Positions 55,001 through 56,939 of a stretch of DNA of 56,939 bases are shown piece after piece. The stretch comes from Catajapyx aquilonaris. Its lineage: Eukaryota. A program made the position numbers and the translations under genes. The stretch is taken from positions 1 through 56,939 of the forward strand of contig JYFJ02002960.1 in assembly GCA_000934665.2 (NCBI GenBank), given 5' to 3'. Numbering within the stretch: position 1 is the first letter of the stretch; each line of letters opens with the position of its first letter. The notes under the pieces were generated by a model that was given only the letters and a program-made list of their open reading frames with translations, did no database searches and was not told where the DNA came from.

Positions 55001-56939
55001 GACATGCAAGTGGTTTGGATATGTTTCACACAAAACATTAATTGCTCTTCGCCGAATCGAACCCTCTGTTACTTCCTCGATATGAAATGATATGTCCATA
55101 GCAATCTGTCCTAGTCGACTACCTTTAATCGCAGGGTTTGAGTTACTGAATCCCCTGTTGGGCCATCTGGTGCACTGTACTGCCTAACCGCTCCTCACTA
55201 TCATCTCTCACTTAAATACTCTTTCGGGGATTGATCTCGGAAAGAGACACGAGAGGCCATTATTATACGCAAAAGCACATAACTCATCCCACACAATGTT
55301 GACAGCAAAAACCACAATTTGCTCCTAGATTTTGTTAACACAGCTGAAAATATTATCTCTAATCTTATGGCCTCCATCTTTTACAGGCCGAGCGGATACA
55401 CACACCTGATTGCATAACCAGATTTTTTTTTTTTTTAAAAAAGAAGGGACACTCTTCGGCTTGCTTTCCGCCATTGCCAGCCTCTCCCTGAGGGCCTATG
55501 CATTTTCTGGCCTTGTCTGGGAAGGTGGTAGAAAAGCGCGCGCCTGCCACTATGAAGTATGACTCACCAGTTCTTATCAGAATCTGCTGCGACGATGCTC
55601 CCTGTTTACCGAGTCGCCTCCAAGAACTGGCTATACCGCACGACACGCCTCATTTTAGGAAACAAGAATTGGCCATGGGAGACGTGGCCTACTTATGCTT
55701 CGCTCTAGACAGATTTCAAAACCGGGTCTGGAACTGTGCAACAGCATTNGGGGGGGGGATGGAGGCCATTTTAGTTTTGCGGGTGTTCTTTTTTCATCAA
55801 GAATGTCCTGCGGTTGGGACACAACATATGGTCGGAATGAGGCTTATGAATTGAGATGTGGACACATTAGGAGTAAATGCAGTACAATCAAATTAACCAT
55901 TTTGGCGCATAATAACTGCCTTCAAGATGTGGTATTCTCTCCGTACTACAGTAGGCATTACAATACAATCATTAGTGTATACGAAGCGTAGCTACTCTAT
56001 ACAGTTCTGAAGCAAGACCGCTCTTTACTGTACTCCAGATAAACTGAACACAAGTGCTGATTGCCTGAATAGACCCACTACAGTACAATACAATCGGGTT
56101 ATACTGAGCGGAAAGAAACACGTAGGCATCTGGAATGGCTCTCTAATACAATCCACATCGGTGGAGCATGTAATTGGATATAAACAGTATATGCAAGGTT
56201 TTGAGATTCTTGATGCAGTGTTTCTCTATTTGTAACCCTCCTTTACGCTATCCCGCAAAATGTGCAGCGTCAGAAGGTACTGCATGCAGTAAGGCTACCG
56301 TGTGAAACTATGAGGCTTGGCAGAATAGACCTTACAGTAACCAACGTATACTGTATCCTTATAAACAGTTACAAACCCGACAGCCAGCTGTGGTTTTGAA
56401 TTGAATTCCTAACCTTTGGAATGGAAATTGCGAATAAATAAAAAAACTGAAGGGGAATGGTGCGCATTTCTGTTCGAATAGTTCAAGGTTCAATCAGCTA
56501 TACTGATTAGGCTTTCATTATATAGTTATACTTGTACTTGGCCAGATTCCATGATAATGCAAATATTATGTTTGAATATTTACACTGATGCAATGAGTTA
56601 TACTCACTCCTGAAAAGCAGTACGGTAGTAGATAAGTGTTTACGAGAACCAGAAGCTCGCAACTTTTTACTTTTGTCTTCTCCAGAACAAAGGTACAGTA
56701 CTAAGTATCCCACATCATGTAAAATCTTCTAGTGATACTTACGTCAGGTATAAAGCCTGAAAATACCTGAGCTGCAACAACATGGATGGTACTCTACATC
56801 TGGCCAAGTCGTTTCAGTGGCATTAATTACGCGGAGCAAAATACTACACTCTAAAACTTTTGACGCATAAATAAGCGTGAAATCGATGCAAAAAAACAAC
56901 GCTTATACCAAGCGTGATCACATCACTCATACCAATGTG

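Noticed and set aside
55045..55195. Scattered A-box- and B-box-like motifs (also GGGTTCAATCC near 45987)
   Set aside because: The spacing is wrong and there is no cloverleaf or TSD; not callable as tRNA or SINE.
56737..56850. Minus-strand GTAAGT donor as the end of the upstream Ig exon
   Set aside because: The preceding sequence does not encode an Ig-domain C-terminus, so the upstream exon is probably outside the window.

Overview
This is eukaryotic, very probably arthropod, genomic DNA, and almost all of the short six-frame ORFs are chance ORFs in introns. The only supported gene is the 3' part of a minus-strand Sidestep/nephrin-like Ig-superfamily type I membrane protein. It has four phase-compatible GT-AG exons: FN3 domain 51749-52057, transmembrane exon 37948-38184, cytoplasmic exon 27417-27580, and a last exon 8092-8340 ending in a class I PDZ-binding motif (ESTV*). 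The introns are 13.6, 10.4 and 19.1 kb, and the Ig-domain exons lie beyond the right edge. The introns and downstream flank hold many short non-autonomous inverted-repeat elements. These include TA-flanked Tc1/mariner-type MITEs, an hAT-type MITE with a perfect 8-bp TSD, a Harbinger-type MITE with a TAA TSD, and a 323-bp near-perfect hairpin with no TSD. There are also two different tRNA-derived SINEs, microsatellites including a perfect 544-bp (AG)n tract, and single-N assembly scars at G/C runs. I found no transposase, CRISPR array or clearly new multi-gene system. The most unusual items are the long intronic hairpin, the CGATA-packed hAT MITE and a V-domain-like SINE.
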